A DNA stretch of 64,000 nucleotides, from the sequence record NC_025447.1. One strand, given 5' to 3'. Each line of letters opens with the position of its first letter. Positions within the stretch are counted from its first letter, which is position 1. This document shows positions 9,037 through 18,035 of this stretch, one piece after another. Under the pieces are notes generated by a model, which was not told the DNA's origin, ran no database searches, and saw only the letters and a list, made by a program, of their open reading frames with translations. The position numbers were made by a program, and so were the translations under genes.

Positions 9037-9038
9037 TT

Positions 9039-9332
9039 ATGTCAGTACTGTTCAAAACCAATCCAGTACTTTGGGATCAAAATGAGCAATCAGGATTTCG
9101 TTCCATCCATGTTGAATACAAAGGTAATACTGTAGTTGCAATTATTGCTAACAAAACTCTAGGAAACTGGACTGCACAGGTTGTTCCTATGGGATATTCT
9201 TACACATCTGATGAGGTACAATTCCTGGCTGAACTATATCGCCAAGTGCCGTTTATCATTAATGTACTAGAAGGTAATGATACATTATCACATGCAGATG
9301 TGATTAATTTTCTTGGAAACTTGCATGTGTGA
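9039..9332 (+). CDS. hypothetical protein
   Basis: 97 aa ORF. Confidence 0.7.
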   Translation: MSVLFKTNPVLWDQNEQSGFRSIHVEYKGNTVVAIIANKTLGNWTAQVVPMGYSYTSDEVQFLAELYRQVPFIINVLEGNDTLSHADVINFLGNLHV

Positions 9333-9612
9333 TGAAATAAATCTTACAGGATATTTTTTACAAGAATCAATGATTAAATTTAGTGAAAAATTTTCAGTAC
9401 TGGATGGTATCGAAATGTGGCATGTCAAACCACTGTTCCACACTTTCAGTAAAGAGCACAAAATGTTATTGACTGAAGCGAGTAAATCAAATAACATATG
9501 TGAAATCAAAATTGGTGTAAATGTCTATAAAGGGATGGTTATCTTTTTTGACAATAACAGCAACTACTTTTATATTGTTAAGGAGCATTACGTTGACAAA
9601 TACAAATACTAA
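9313..9612 (+). CDS. hypothetical protein, start uncertain
   Basis: 99 aa ORF. Confidence 0.55.
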   Translation: METCMCDEINLTGYFLQESMIKFSEKFSVLDGIEMWHVKPLFHTFSKEHKMLLTEASKSNNICEIKIGVNVYKGMVIFFDNNSNYFYIVKEHYVDKYKY

Positions 9613-10207
9613 TACATACTTCCGTTATCTTCGCTTAGGTCTTTCCCTACGTCCGATCCGTGGAAAGTGCGATTCACTCGCTGACCTTGACTATGCATAT
9701 GCATTACATCATGAAGGTGTACAGTATGTATTGGGTGATTATGGTGAATTTGAAGAAACAAATGACAGTACTGGAATTAATGCTGGTGTAGAAAATCTTA
9801 ACAACATTGCTAACAGTTCTCGCCATGACATTGTGTTACAGATTCAAAACTTTATTGAGCAGCACACAGGTAAACGTGTTTGGTGCTATGTCGGTACTGA
9901 TGCACAAATGTCAATTTCATTCGGTAACGATGAAGGATATGTTGCACAGCTTATTATGGATTTTGAATCTGAAGAGAAGTTTTTAGAATTCAAAGAAAAG
10001 ATTATTCAGTCACTTGTTGATATGGGTATCCCCGAAGATAAAATGCCAGAAGTTCAAAACATTGATGAATTTGTTTTGATTCCATCTGATGAGAAATATG
10101 ATGCAATGTTTACTGCCCTTAATATTCCAGGAGTTATTGTGGAGTACTTTGATGATGGTGATGATAGTATCTATATCGATCTAGATGACGATGACGACGA
10201 TGAATAA
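9521..10207 (+). CDS. acidic hypothetical protein with poly-Asp tail, start uncertain
   Basis: 228 aa; ends DLDDDDDDE; followed by a terminator. Confidence 0.65.
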   Translation: MSIKGWLSFLTITATTFILLRSITLTNTNTNTYFRYLRLGLSLRPIRGKCDSLADLDYAYALHHEGVQYVLGDYGEFEETNDSTGINAGVENLNNIANSSRHDIVLQIQNFIEQHTGKRVWCYVGTDAQMSISFGNDEGYVAQLIMDFESEEKFLEFKEKIIQSLVDMGIPEDKMPEVQNIDEFVLIPSDEKYDAMFTALNIPGVIVEYFDDGDDSIYIDLDDDDDDE

Positions 10208-10212
10208 TGTAC

Positions 10213-10241
10213 ATAGCCCGACATAAGTTCGGGCTATTTTT
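10213..10241 (+). terminator. intrinsic terminator
   Basis: ATAGCCCGA-cataagt-TCGGGCTAT plus T run. Confidence 0.8.
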
Positions 10242-10253
10242 GTAAGGGGATAT

Positions 10254-10529
10254 ATGAATTATAAAGTTCTACAATATACATACAGTGTTTTGTTTGATTT
10301 ACATCACAATGGAAGATATCTCAATACAATACGAGAAAACACATTCACTCATACTATCTGGATTAATCACTTAATAATGATACGTGAATATTTTGTTAAT
10401 AGTGAGATAATCATTCGTGGTAAAAAACATAAGATAGAACAAGTTAATAGTTTTGGTGGTAAATTAGTACTATCATTTATAGATAGTAATACTAATGAAA
10501 GATATAGTATAGATTTGGTGGACATATGA
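10254..10529 (+). CDS. hypothetical protein (TYK..YIG small paralog family)
   Basis: MNYKVLQYTYSVLFDL. Confidence 0.75.
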   Translation: MNYKVLQYTYSVLFDLHHNGRYLNTIRENTFTHTIWINHLIMIREYFVNSEIIIRGKKHKIEQVNSFGGKLVLSFIDSNTNERYSIDLVDI

Positions 10530-10792
10530 ATTATAAAGATTTCCTACTAACATACAAGATTATTCGAGATTTAGCACACGACAATGATAGCCCTAGTCTA
10601 GAAGACACATGCACTGAAATGATTCATACGATTCGTGGTAAGATTAAAAAAAAATTCAGTACTGTTATTATTGGTGATGACCATGCAGAATTTTCTGATA
10701 TAATCATTAGACGTGATGGTAAAGTTGAGGTTCAGTACTACACTGATTTTGGATTTACCAGTATTCCGTTGGAGATATTCCCTTGGGATTAA
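10526..10792 (+). CDS. hypothetical protein (TYK family)
   Basis: MNYKDFLLTYKIIRDL. Confidence 0.75.
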   Translation: MNYKDFLLTYKIIRDLAHDNDSPSLEDTCTEMIHTIRGKIKKKFSTVIIGDDHAEFSDIIIRRDGKVEVQYYTDFGFTSIPLEIFPWD

Positions 10793-11094
10793 ATTTAAAT
10801 GATATACAATTCACTTATAAGATCCTATATGATTTGTATGATGTATACCTTGTTAGTAACAAAATAGGTTCACATAACCCATACAAAGAACAACCATTTA
10901 TTGATTTATATATTGAGTACTTAGATTCAGTAGGTGAATATATAAAAAAGAATTACAGTACTTTTATCGACGGAAATGATATATTCGAGTTCTCTGGAGT
11001 TAAATCATACAATGGGATTATCCATGTTGAATTTCTTGAAATAACCGATAGGGGATTTATCGAGATTAAAGTTGTGAAGTTGGTGAATTTATAA
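10783..11094 (+). CDS. hypothetical protein (TYK family)
   Basis: LNDIQFTYKILYDL. Confidence 0.75.
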   Translation: MGLNLNDIQFTYKILYDLYDVYLVSNKIGSHNPYKEQPFIDLYIEYLDSVGEYIKKNYSTFIDGNDIFEFSGVKSYNGIIHVEFLEITDRGFIEIKVVKLVNL

Positions 11095-11104
11095 GAGGTT
11101 ACAT

Positions 11105-11416
11105 ATGTTATTAAATGATATACAATTCACATACAAATTTTTGTATATCCAATACGCTACGGTTGATGCTGGAGAATATCTCTACGGTGAAATCTATCGT
11201 TCGGTATGGATAAAGTTTTTGGATGAATTACATGAATATTACCATGATTTGTGTATAGTTCGTGATAATAAAATATACAAATTCCGCGATATTGTTAGTC
11301 ATAGCGGTAAGCTACGATTGGAATTAAGTACTGATAGTGATGTTGATTGGATTGGTGTAAATTTACTGGAGTTGGAGAATGAAAAACAACTTAAAGGAAA
11401 TACAAGTATTTTATAA
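11105..11416 (+). CDS. hypothetical protein (TYK family)
   Basis: LNDIQFTYKFLY. Confidence 0.75.
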   Translation: MLLNDIQFTYKFLYIQYATVDAGEYLYGEIYRSVWIKFLDELHEYYHDLCIVRDNKIYKFRDIVSHSGKLRLELSTDSDVDWIGVNLLELENEKQLKGNTSIL

Positions 11417-11663
11417 ATTCTTATACTTGTCATATGTAAAAGATGAGTACTATGAAAGTGTGTATTATTTTTTATGGCAACATTACCGTACTATAGTAAG
11501 AGATTTATATATAGGAAAATCTATCATATCCAATGGTGAAAAATGTATATGTACTGATGTTGTTAGTTTTAATGGTTCTTTAACACTGTGTTTCAGATGC
11601 GATAATAATAGTGGGTCATTTTCATTAAACGTATATCAGTTAGAAGGAATAAATTTTGAATAA
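11379..11663 (+). CDS. hypothetical protein (TYK family)
   Basis: LKEIQVFYKFLY...LYIGK. Confidence 0.7.
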   Translation: MKNNLKEIQVFYKFLYLSYVKDEYYESVYYFLWQHYRTIVRDLYIGKSIISNGEKCICTDVVSFNGSLTLCFRCDNNSGSFSLNVYQLEGINFE

Positions 11664-11856
11664 ATGTCCATATTGTAACAGTACTCAATTAGCTCGTTTC
11701 CGTTTAGATTCAGACTGGGCGACTGGTGCTGGTGATTTCTTCCCTATCAATGATGATGCAGAATACACCGAAGAACAGCACAAAGATTTTGATAAATCAT
11801 GGCGACCTGACATTGAGTGCATTTATTGCCTTAATTGTGAGCGTGTTCATGACTAA
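11656..11856 (+). CDS. small zinc-ribbon protein
   Basis: CPYC...CLNC. Confidence 0.6.
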   Translation: MNKCPYCNSTQLARFRLDSDWATGAGDFFPINDDAEYTEEQHKDFDKSWRPDIECIYCLNCERVHD

Positions 11857-12112
11857 AGCTGAACTAATAGTTCATACATATAAAATGATATCAAGTACTG
11901 AGTTATCATATAGTGCAGATAATCCAGTACTGGATTATTTTGTTGAATTATTGAAAGAGCATTATATTGGTAAATCACTGATTCTTAATAATATTAATTT
12001 CACGGTAAAGGATGTAGCACCTGGAAAAAACGTACTAATAGTATGTGTTACTTCATCTGATAACCCAGTATACCCAATATCAATAATTTTTGAGATATTA
12101 GGAGATTTATGA
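11849..12112 (+). CDS. hypothetical protein (TYK family)
   Basis: MTKAELIVHTYKMI...HYIGK; start moved to 11849. Confidence 0.7.
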   Translation: MTKAELIVHTYKMISSTELSYSADNPVLDYFVELLKEHYIGKSLILNNINFTVKDVAPGKNVLIVCVTSSDNPVYPISIIFEILGDL

Positions 12113-12399
12113 ATATCATTTTAATGCAGAAAACATATGCTATATTGGTGAAAGATTATTCCATTACTTTCGATTCACAAGAAAGTGCTCTACATAACCT
12201 ATACAAAAACGTAACACAAGAATACAGAAATATGTTTTCTGACTTAGTAGTAGGAAGGTATTTCAGTACTAGAAAATACCCAAAACTTCAAATAGTTGAT
12301 GTTTCTTTTTATTTCAATGGTCATATTACTATTCATAGTTTAGACCAAGATTCAACAACGTACTTAAACTTTTCATTTGATGAGGTAACATTTTTATGA
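12109..12399 (+). CDS. hypothetical protein (TYK family)
   Basis: LMQKTYAIL...LVVGR. Confidence 0.7.
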   Translation: MNIILMQKTYAILVKDYSITFDSQESALHNLYKNVTQEYRNMFSDLVVGRYFSTRKYPKLQIVDVSFYFNGHITIHSLDQDSTTYLNFSFDEVTFL

Positions 12400-12572
12400 G
12401 AACAGTATTTTTTATCTGGAGTCTTTTTTCATTGGCAGTACTGACAGTATGTGGGATTTGTTTCCTTTCATCAATTAATACTTGGTATATCAATTTACTA
12501 TTTCCATTTGTCGGTGTTGGATTAGGATTTACTTTACATAGTGTATGTAAGGATTACAATGAGAACAAATGA
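12396..12572 (+). CDS. small membrane protein (58 aa), below track cutoff
   Basis: ATGA-coupled; two hydrophobic segments. Confidence 0.55.
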   Translation: MRTVFFIWSLFSLAVLTVCGICFLSSINTWYINLLFPFVGVGLGFTLHSVCKDYNENK

Positions 12573-12837
12573 AGTACTTGTTGCTGAAACAATGAAGATG
12601 ATTTACGATATCACGTCAGCACAGAATATGCCATATCCAACTAAGTCTTTATTGAGGACTGTGTATCTGGGGATAGTACAGGAGTACTACAAATCCAAGC
12701 ACAGAAGCATTATTAGTGTTTATCGTGATTATGAAAGGATTCGTATTTTATTCTGGAACAAGAATCGAGTACGTTCTGAATGTGATCTAGTAGATTTTAA
12801 ATTAGAGAATCTTTATTGCTATAAACAGGGACAATAG
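12559..12837 (+). CDS. hypothetical protein (TYK-like)
   Basis: AAGGA RBS; VAETMKMIYDI. Confidence 0.6.
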   Translation: MRTNEVLVAETMKMIYDITSAQNMPYPTKSLLRTVYLGIVQEYYKSKHRSIISVYRDYERIRILFWNKNRVRSECDLVDFKLENLYCYKQGQ

Positions 12838-12855
12838 TCTAATTCATGATATAAT
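12828..12855 (+). promoter_or_regulatory. promoter, GGACA type
   Basis: GGGACA-N16-TATAAT with TG extension. Confidence 0.65.
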
Positions 12856-12886
12856 AATGGGTAAGGAACAATAATTAACACAAGGA

Positions 12887-13624
12887 GTGTGTGAAATGCT
12901 TGACCGTATCCGTTTCGCTACAGAGATGGCGAATGAATTAAACATGGCAAATTTCCAAATGTTAACATCAGTAATGGCTGAACATGCATGTGCTTATTCT
13001 GTAAGTGGTGTGCAGTGTGGTCAGGAGAATATGTTAGCAGATGTTTATAGTGAAGTACAAAGTAAGCAATATAGTGTAAAGACATATAAGGATAAGTTTG
13101 TTAGTCTTTATATGAACGAAGATATTGCCGAAGACCGCAAATTCACTGATTTTATTATTGAACGCCGAGTATCAGGTGTATCTAATCCTAATGCATCAAG
13201 CGATGAAGTTTTTGCAGAAGTACTGAAAGATATATACGAAAATGAATTAAAAAGTAAGAATCATTACAATGTACGTGAAACTAACACAGTGCTCTTGGGA
13301 TATGATGAAGACGAAGAATACTATTATTTTCGTATGACTGAAGTTCCTTTTGAATACAAATCTCCATATACAACTACAGTGAAAGAATTTACTGAAAAAA
13401 GTAAAAACTTTATGAAGCATGAAGGAAATCGTTGTAGTATAAATGGTTATGACGAAAATGGCATTCACATTTATGAATGGGTTCACCCAAATTGTCAGAC
13501 ATACACTCGTTGCTTGAAAAAACGTTATAATTTAGAAGAGCATGAATCATTCTATTTTAAAGTTAAGAAGCAAGGTTATACTCGCCCCGCCGATTCTGAA
13601 TTGATGGGTATGATATATTTCTAA
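12887..13624 (+). CDS. hypothetical protein
   Basis: 245 aa, AAGGAG RBS. Confidence 0.75.
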   Translation: MCEMLDRIRFATEMANELNMANFQMLTSVMAEHACAYSVSGVQCGQENMLADVYSEVQSKQYSVKTYKDKFVSLYMNEDIAEDRKFTDFIIERRVSGVSNPNASSDEVFAEVLKDIYENELKSKNHYNVRETNTVLLGYDEDEEYYYFRMTEVPFEYKSPYTTTVKEFTEKSKNFMKHEGNRCSINGYDENGIHIYEWVHPNCQTYTRCLKKRYNLEEHESFYFKVKKQGYTRPADSELMGMIYF

Positions 13625-13634
13625 GGAAACTGCT

Positions 13635-13916
13635 ATGGATTTTTATCTACACACATGGACATACGAACAATATATTACATTATATCTTGAAATTATTAAC
13701 ACAGAACCTAGGTGTGGTTGTTGGTTCGCAGATATCATAAAAGAGTATGCGGACGAATTTGAGTTCGTGTATCTTGGTACTGATATATTTGTAAAAAGTG
13801 TAGGTAAAACCGGACGAATCACTGATATAGATTACGACACTGTTAGTGTGAATTTCTATGTTGATTTTCCTGATGCTGGCGTTGATGGTGTATATTGTCT
13901 TTATGAAATAATTTAA
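13635..13916 (+). CDS. hypothetical protein (TYK-like)
   Basis: 93 aa; VYLGT...GRITDI. Confidence 0.7.
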   Translation: MDFYLHTWTYEQYITLYLEIINTEPRCGCWFADIIKEYADEFEFVYLGTDIFVKSVGKTGRITDIDYDTVSVNFYVDFPDAGVDGVYCLYEII

Positions 13917-13922
13917 ATTTTT

Positions 13923-13947
13923 AGGCCAGCGTTTGCTGGTCTTTTTT
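13923..13947 (+). terminator. intrinsic terminator
   Basis: AGGCCAGC-gttt-GCTGGTCT plus T run. Confidence 0.75.
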
Positions 13948-13960
13948 CGCAGGTACAAAG

Positions 13961-14263
13961 ATGTTCAGTATAGATTTAATTAACAGTACTATCAAAATGT
14001 TGGCAGATTTGGTGAGACAATCCAATGGAACTTTATATTCTGCAATGTATAAAATGTTTGACCGATATATCAAGGATTGTAACATATCATTATATGGACT
14101 TGCTGTTGATATAGACGATTACTATGGAATTAATACTTCATATAAAACAGGAATTTTAATTGGTATTAATATAAAGATGGGGTATCTCCCTTATTACTGT
14201 ATAGGATTACCAGATAATACTTTGGTAGAATATCCAGCCAGTACTATTAAATTAAGAGGATAA
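13961..14263 (+). CDS. hypothetical protein (TYK-like)
   Basis: LINSTIKMLADL. Confidence 0.65.
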   Translation: MFSIDLINSTIKMLADLVRQSNGTLYSAMYKMFDRYIKDCNISLYGLAVDIDDYYGINTSYKTGILIGINIKMGYLPYYCIGLPDNTLVEYPASTIKLRG

Positions 14264-14270
14264 AACTAAA

Positions 14271-14849
14271 ATGAATGTATTAGAATTAAGTACTAAGCTG
14301 ATTACTATGCGTAACGAGTGGTACGATTGGTTTTATAATGGTACTGATATGGATTTTTCAAAATATCCATTTATGGAATCAGGATGTGATGCAAGATACC
14401 GCTGGTTGAGCAAAGATTGTTCTGGTTTACATATTCTAGTTGACGATAGTGGTCAGGGAATTATAAAAGATTTACTTCAAGTTGAACAACTCGTCCATGA
14501 TAATTGGTGTGATAACGATCCATACCTTGGAAATATGATTTATGTAAGTGAAGATGATTGCATATTCGTTATCCAGCGTCATGGTAATTCTATGTTTTAT
14601 GTAGCAGACAGCAGTACTCCAGAAGGTGCAGCAGCCGATGGTCTTATGCCTAAGATTGATATATTGGAATTTGGATTACCTGAGCACTTCCAGATTAGTA
14701 CTTTATACGATATTCCACCACTTGAGTTCTTTGAAGAATTTAAATTGTACTACAATGATCTTCAAAAATTGAGTACTGAGAGTCGCCTTGAAATAACCGT
14801 CAAGTACATGGACGGAACGAAATTAACCGATACGGGGATAGAATTTTGA
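14271..14849 (+). CDS. hypothetical protein (EE..FQ family)
   Basis: LPEHFQISTLYD. Confidence 0.7.
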   Translation: MNVLELSTKLITMRNEWYDWFYNGTDMDFSKYPFMESGCDARYRWLSKDCSGLHILVDDSGQGIIKDLLQVEQLVHDNWCDNDPYLGNMIYVSEDDCIFVIQRHGNSMFYVADSSTPEGAAADGLMPKIDILEFGLPEHFQISTLYDIPPLEFFEEFKLYYNDLQKLSTESRLEITVKYMDGTKLTDTGIEF

Positions 14850-15535
14850 TTAAAGATTTAGATAGAATTTTATATGTACTAAGGGGTGTAATTACATTAC
14901 ATCCACAAATCAATCGAATTGAAAGTACATTTCAGTTGGAGTCAAGAGAAACTCCATATTCACATATATCAAATGTAGTTGGTTCACTCAGTACTGAAGA
15001 CTCGTCTTACGATATTTGTGTATGTGAAGTACAACCAAGTTCGGATCTTGGATTTGCTATTTTTGATAAAGAACAAAATCTCATTAGTATGTTTCAGTGC
15101 AATAATCCTTTTTGGAAAACATGCCTGTATCCAGAGTGGGCTATGCTTGATCCAACCAAGAGTACCATTAAAGTTTATGACTCTAAAAATGATGAAGTCG
15201 TTATTGATTTGGATGAGTCAATGTCAGAGGAAGAACACTTTCAGCTAATGATGATGCGTGCTATGCCTGAGTACAATGCAATGATTAACACTGTGCAATA
15301 CATTAAGGATACTATGCCATCATTGCGTACACATGAGTTTTGTCATCCTGTATTGTATGAACATTTGGATTTAGATTTCAGTACTATTAAATTCAAAGAT
15401 AGTATTATAAAATATATTCAAGAAAATGTTAAATTTAATTTCATTAGTACTATGAACAATAATCCAAAAACGAATTTTAGGCATCAGTACAATGAATCTT
15501 TTTCTAATGGTCGTGATACCAGTTGGTGGAAATAA
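14846..15535 (+). CDS. hypothetical protein (EE..FQ family)
   Basis: SEEEHFQLMMM; TTG start. Confidence 0.7.
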   Translation: MIKDLDRILYVLRGVITLHPQINRIESTFQLESRETPYSHISNVVGSLSTEDSSYDICVCEVQPSSDLGFAIFDKEQNLISMFQCNNPFWKTCLYPEWAMLDPTKSTIKVYDSKNDEVVIDLDESMSEEEHFQLMMMRAMPEYNAMINTVQYIKDTMPSLRTHEFCHPVLYEHLDLDFSTIKFKDSIIKYIQENVKFNFISTMNNNPKTNFRHQYNESFSNGRDTSWWK

Positions 15536-15536
15536 T

Positions 15537-15800
15537 ATGAATATCCAAGATAGATTACAATTACTGTACACTATTGAACAGGCTGCTTTTGAACTTGTTC
15601 GAAAAATATCAGATGAACTACCTAAAGGAACTAAAGTTCGTGTACGTGAGATGAATTATTTTTCTGGAGTAATTGAAGAACAAGTACTAACAGTGAATAA
15701 AGTAACATACTATGAATCTGAGTTGTCTATTCAGTGTGAATCGGATGATGGATTAATATCATATTATGGAACTGATGTAGATATAGAGGTAATAAAATGA
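15537..15800 (+). CDS. hypothetical protein (small beta-barrel-like family)
   Basis: 87 aa; start moved to 15537. Confidence 0.65.
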   Translation: MNIQDRLQLLYTIEQAAFELVRKISDELPKGTKVRVREMNYFSGVIEEQVLTVNKVTYYESELSIQCESDDGLISYYGTDVDIEVIK

Positions 15801-16939
15801 CCCTTTTACAAATATATGAAGATTTAATGCACTTATGTAATACAAACGATGCGTTTTTTTATGTGGATCATAAAAGTCCTGCTGGTGGTACGTATCGTGT
15901 ATTCAGTTATCGTCTAGCATCATACACTGATTTCATGCAACCAAATGCGTTGGAAACCCGTGGCTCTATGTGGGAAATTGATGAAGAAGGTGACATGATA
16001 CGTTGTGCAGCACGTACAATGAAAAAGTTCTTCAATGCTTACGAGAATCCTGCTACAATGTTCCCTGCTAACACCACATGCGATGACATTGCGGTAGTTA
16101 TGCCTAAGTTGGATGGTTCGATCATCAGTACTTATCGTGATAATGATGGTGAGATTCGTTGTAAATCACATACTGCATTGTATTCTGACCATGCGATTAA
16201 CAGTACTCGACTTATTAACGAGAACCAGAATTTGTATCAGTACATCGACGAAGCGGAACGTTTAGGTTACACAGTTAATATGGAGTATACAAGCCCAGAG
16301 TACCGAATTGTATTACCATATCAGGTAGAACAACTGTTTGTACTGAACGTTCGACATCGTGTGAGTGGTGAGTTGCTATGTGGTAAAGCACTACGTGATA
16401 AGTTTCCATGCCTTGCACAGTACAGTACTAATATGACCGGAAAAGATATTCATCACACTTTTCCGGTACGAAATACCTTCCGTGAAAGCGTGGAGGAAGT
16501 TCATAAAATGCTTGATATTGAGGGTTTTGTGTGCATCCTAAATAATGGGACAATGTGTAAAATAAAGACTGACTGGTACAGTTCATTACATCTTACAAAA
16601 GATAGTATTATTATTGATTCTCATTTATATGAAGCCGTATTAAATGGTTCAAGTGATGATTTAAAACAATTGTTCAGTACTGATGAATATGCTATGCAAA
16701 AGATATTAAGAATGGAACAATTGGTATTTTCGTGCTATAATGCATTACAAGATGAAGTAGAAAGCTTCGTCAAGGAACACAAGCACTTGGAGCGAAAGGA
16801 ATTCGCAATGAAGGTTCAGGAGTGTTTAACTAATGAACTGAATCGTCAGGGCTTGGCCTTTGCAATGTATAACAATAAGAAAGTTGATTACAAAGAGACT
16901 CTTATAAAATACATGAAAATTGTACTAAAGGATTTTTAG
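15797..16939 (+). CDS. rnlA: RNA ligase 1 (T4 Rnl1-like)
   Basis: FSYRLASYTDF, ETRG, KKFFN, motif I PKLDGSII, EYTSPEYRIV, IEGFV, CKIKTDWY. Confidence 0.93.
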   Translation: MTLLQIYEDLMHLCNTNDAFFYVDHKSPAGGTYRVFSYRLASYTDFMQPNALETRGSMWEIDEEGDMIRCAARTMKKFFNAYENPATMFPANTTCDDIAVVMPKLDGSIISTYRDNDGEIRCKSHTALYSDHAINSTRLINENQNLYQYIDEAERLGYTVNMEYTSPEYRIVLPYQVEQLFVLNVRHRVSGELLCGKALRDKFPCLAQYSTNMTGKDIHHTFPVRNTFRESVEEVHKMLDIEGFVCILNNGTMCKIKTDWYSSLHLTKDSIIIDSHLYEAVLNGSSDDLKQLFSTDEYAMQKILRMEQLVFSCYNALQDEVESFVKEHKHLERKEFAMKVQECLTNELNRQGLAFAMYNNKKVDYKETLIKYMKIVLKDF

Positions 16940-16966
16940 TACTATCTAGCCTAAGCACAAGGAGAA

Positions 16967-17224
16967 GTGATGGCTAAACCTAAGTATAAAAATGACGGTT
17001 CCCTTTCTCCGACTGAGTTCAGGAAAATACAAGAAGAAATCGATGAATTACAGCACAAACGCTCAATGAAAGGTGTGAAGATAAGTAAGAAACGAATCGA
17101 GAATACCTTCGGATGTAGTAGTACTGAATACAAGAAGAAAAGGAAACCAAAAGGTGTTAAGCCGAGAATACATGATGTAACTCGCTATACATCGAAACGT
17201 GAAAATAAATTTGATCCACTATAA
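16967..17224 (+). CDS. basic hypothetical protein
   Basis: 85 aa, K/R-rich, AAGGAG RBS. Confidence 0.65.
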   Translation: MMAKPKYKNDGSLSPTEFRKIQEEIDELQHKRSMKGVKISKKRIENTFGCSSTEYKKKRKPKGVKPRIHDVTRYTSKRENKFDPL

Positions 17225-17233
17225 GGAGTTCAT

Positions 17234-17464
17234 ATGAAAGTTGAAGTTCAGCATAGTATTGTTCAGGATATGTCAGTAGTTAAATTTCTTTCTCTGAAAG
17301 ATTACTTCAGATGTATCAAGTTCCTAGAAGAATCTCAATTACAGTGGACCCCATTAAAGTACAGTTCATCCAATGATACAGCTAGTATTCGTTGTGATGA
17401 ATCTGTACTTGTGAAAATCTCCAAACGATTTGGAGTAGGAAAAGTTAATGAGCACAGTAAGTGA
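17234..17464 (+). CDS. hypothetical protein
   Basis: 76 aa, AAGGAG RBS. Confidence 0.7.
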   Translation: MKVEVQHSIVQDMSVVKFLSLKDYFRCIKFLEESQLQWTPLKYSSSNDTASIRCDESVLVKISKRFGVGKVNEHSK

Positions 17465-17702
17465 CCTAAAATACTACAACAAAACTGCGGATACGTTTAT
17501 TACTCATTTATATGAAGAATTTAGTCGTATCCGTAAGGAATATACAGGTAAATGTATTTTATATAGTTCTTATCATAGTGGTGGAATTGAAAGTGCTTAC
17601 ATTACTAAAGTGAAGTTTTCTGATGACTATCAATTACTCTTTGAATTAGATGATTGTTTCGTTATTGAAGCTTGTTTGATAGTGGATGTTCTAGATAATT
17701 GA
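17448..17702 (+). CDS. hypothetical protein (YIG small family)
   Basis: KEYTGKC...YITKV. Confidence 0.65.
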   Translation: MSTVSDLKYYNKTADTFITHLYEEFSRIRKEYTGKCILYSSYHSGGIESAYITKVKFSDDYQLLFELDDCFVIEACLIVDVLDN

Positions 17703-17708
17703 GGACAT

Positions 17709-18023
17709 ATGAATAAAGAACTTGCATTTGAGAGGATCGAAAAGTTAAAGTACATTGAAAAGGAACTAATAGAATCTGTCGAATCAATGGTCGAAGATTA
17801 CGTTTTCGATTTTAAGAAAACATTGATTGGATGTAAAGTTAAATGCTGGGATCATACAATCAGAGAATGGTTCAGTACTATAATTCTTGATGTTAAAGTA
17901 TCGCGTACTGCTATTGGTAATTTAGTAAATGGTGAATGCTTTGTATACACTGAATACAATAACGGAACAAGAAACCTTTCAAGAGGATGGCACAAACTCG
18001 AAGATGTAGAATTCATTGAGTAA
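17709..18023 (+). CDS. hypothetical protein (YIG small family)
   Basis: TLIGCKV...ILDV. Confidence 0.7.
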   Translation: MNKELAFERIEKLKYIEKELIESVESMVEDYVFDFKKTLIGCKVKCWDHTIREWFSTIILDVKVSRTAIGNLVNGECFVYTEYNNGTRNLSRGWHKLEDVEFIE

Positions 18024-18035
18024 CAAGGAGTAATA

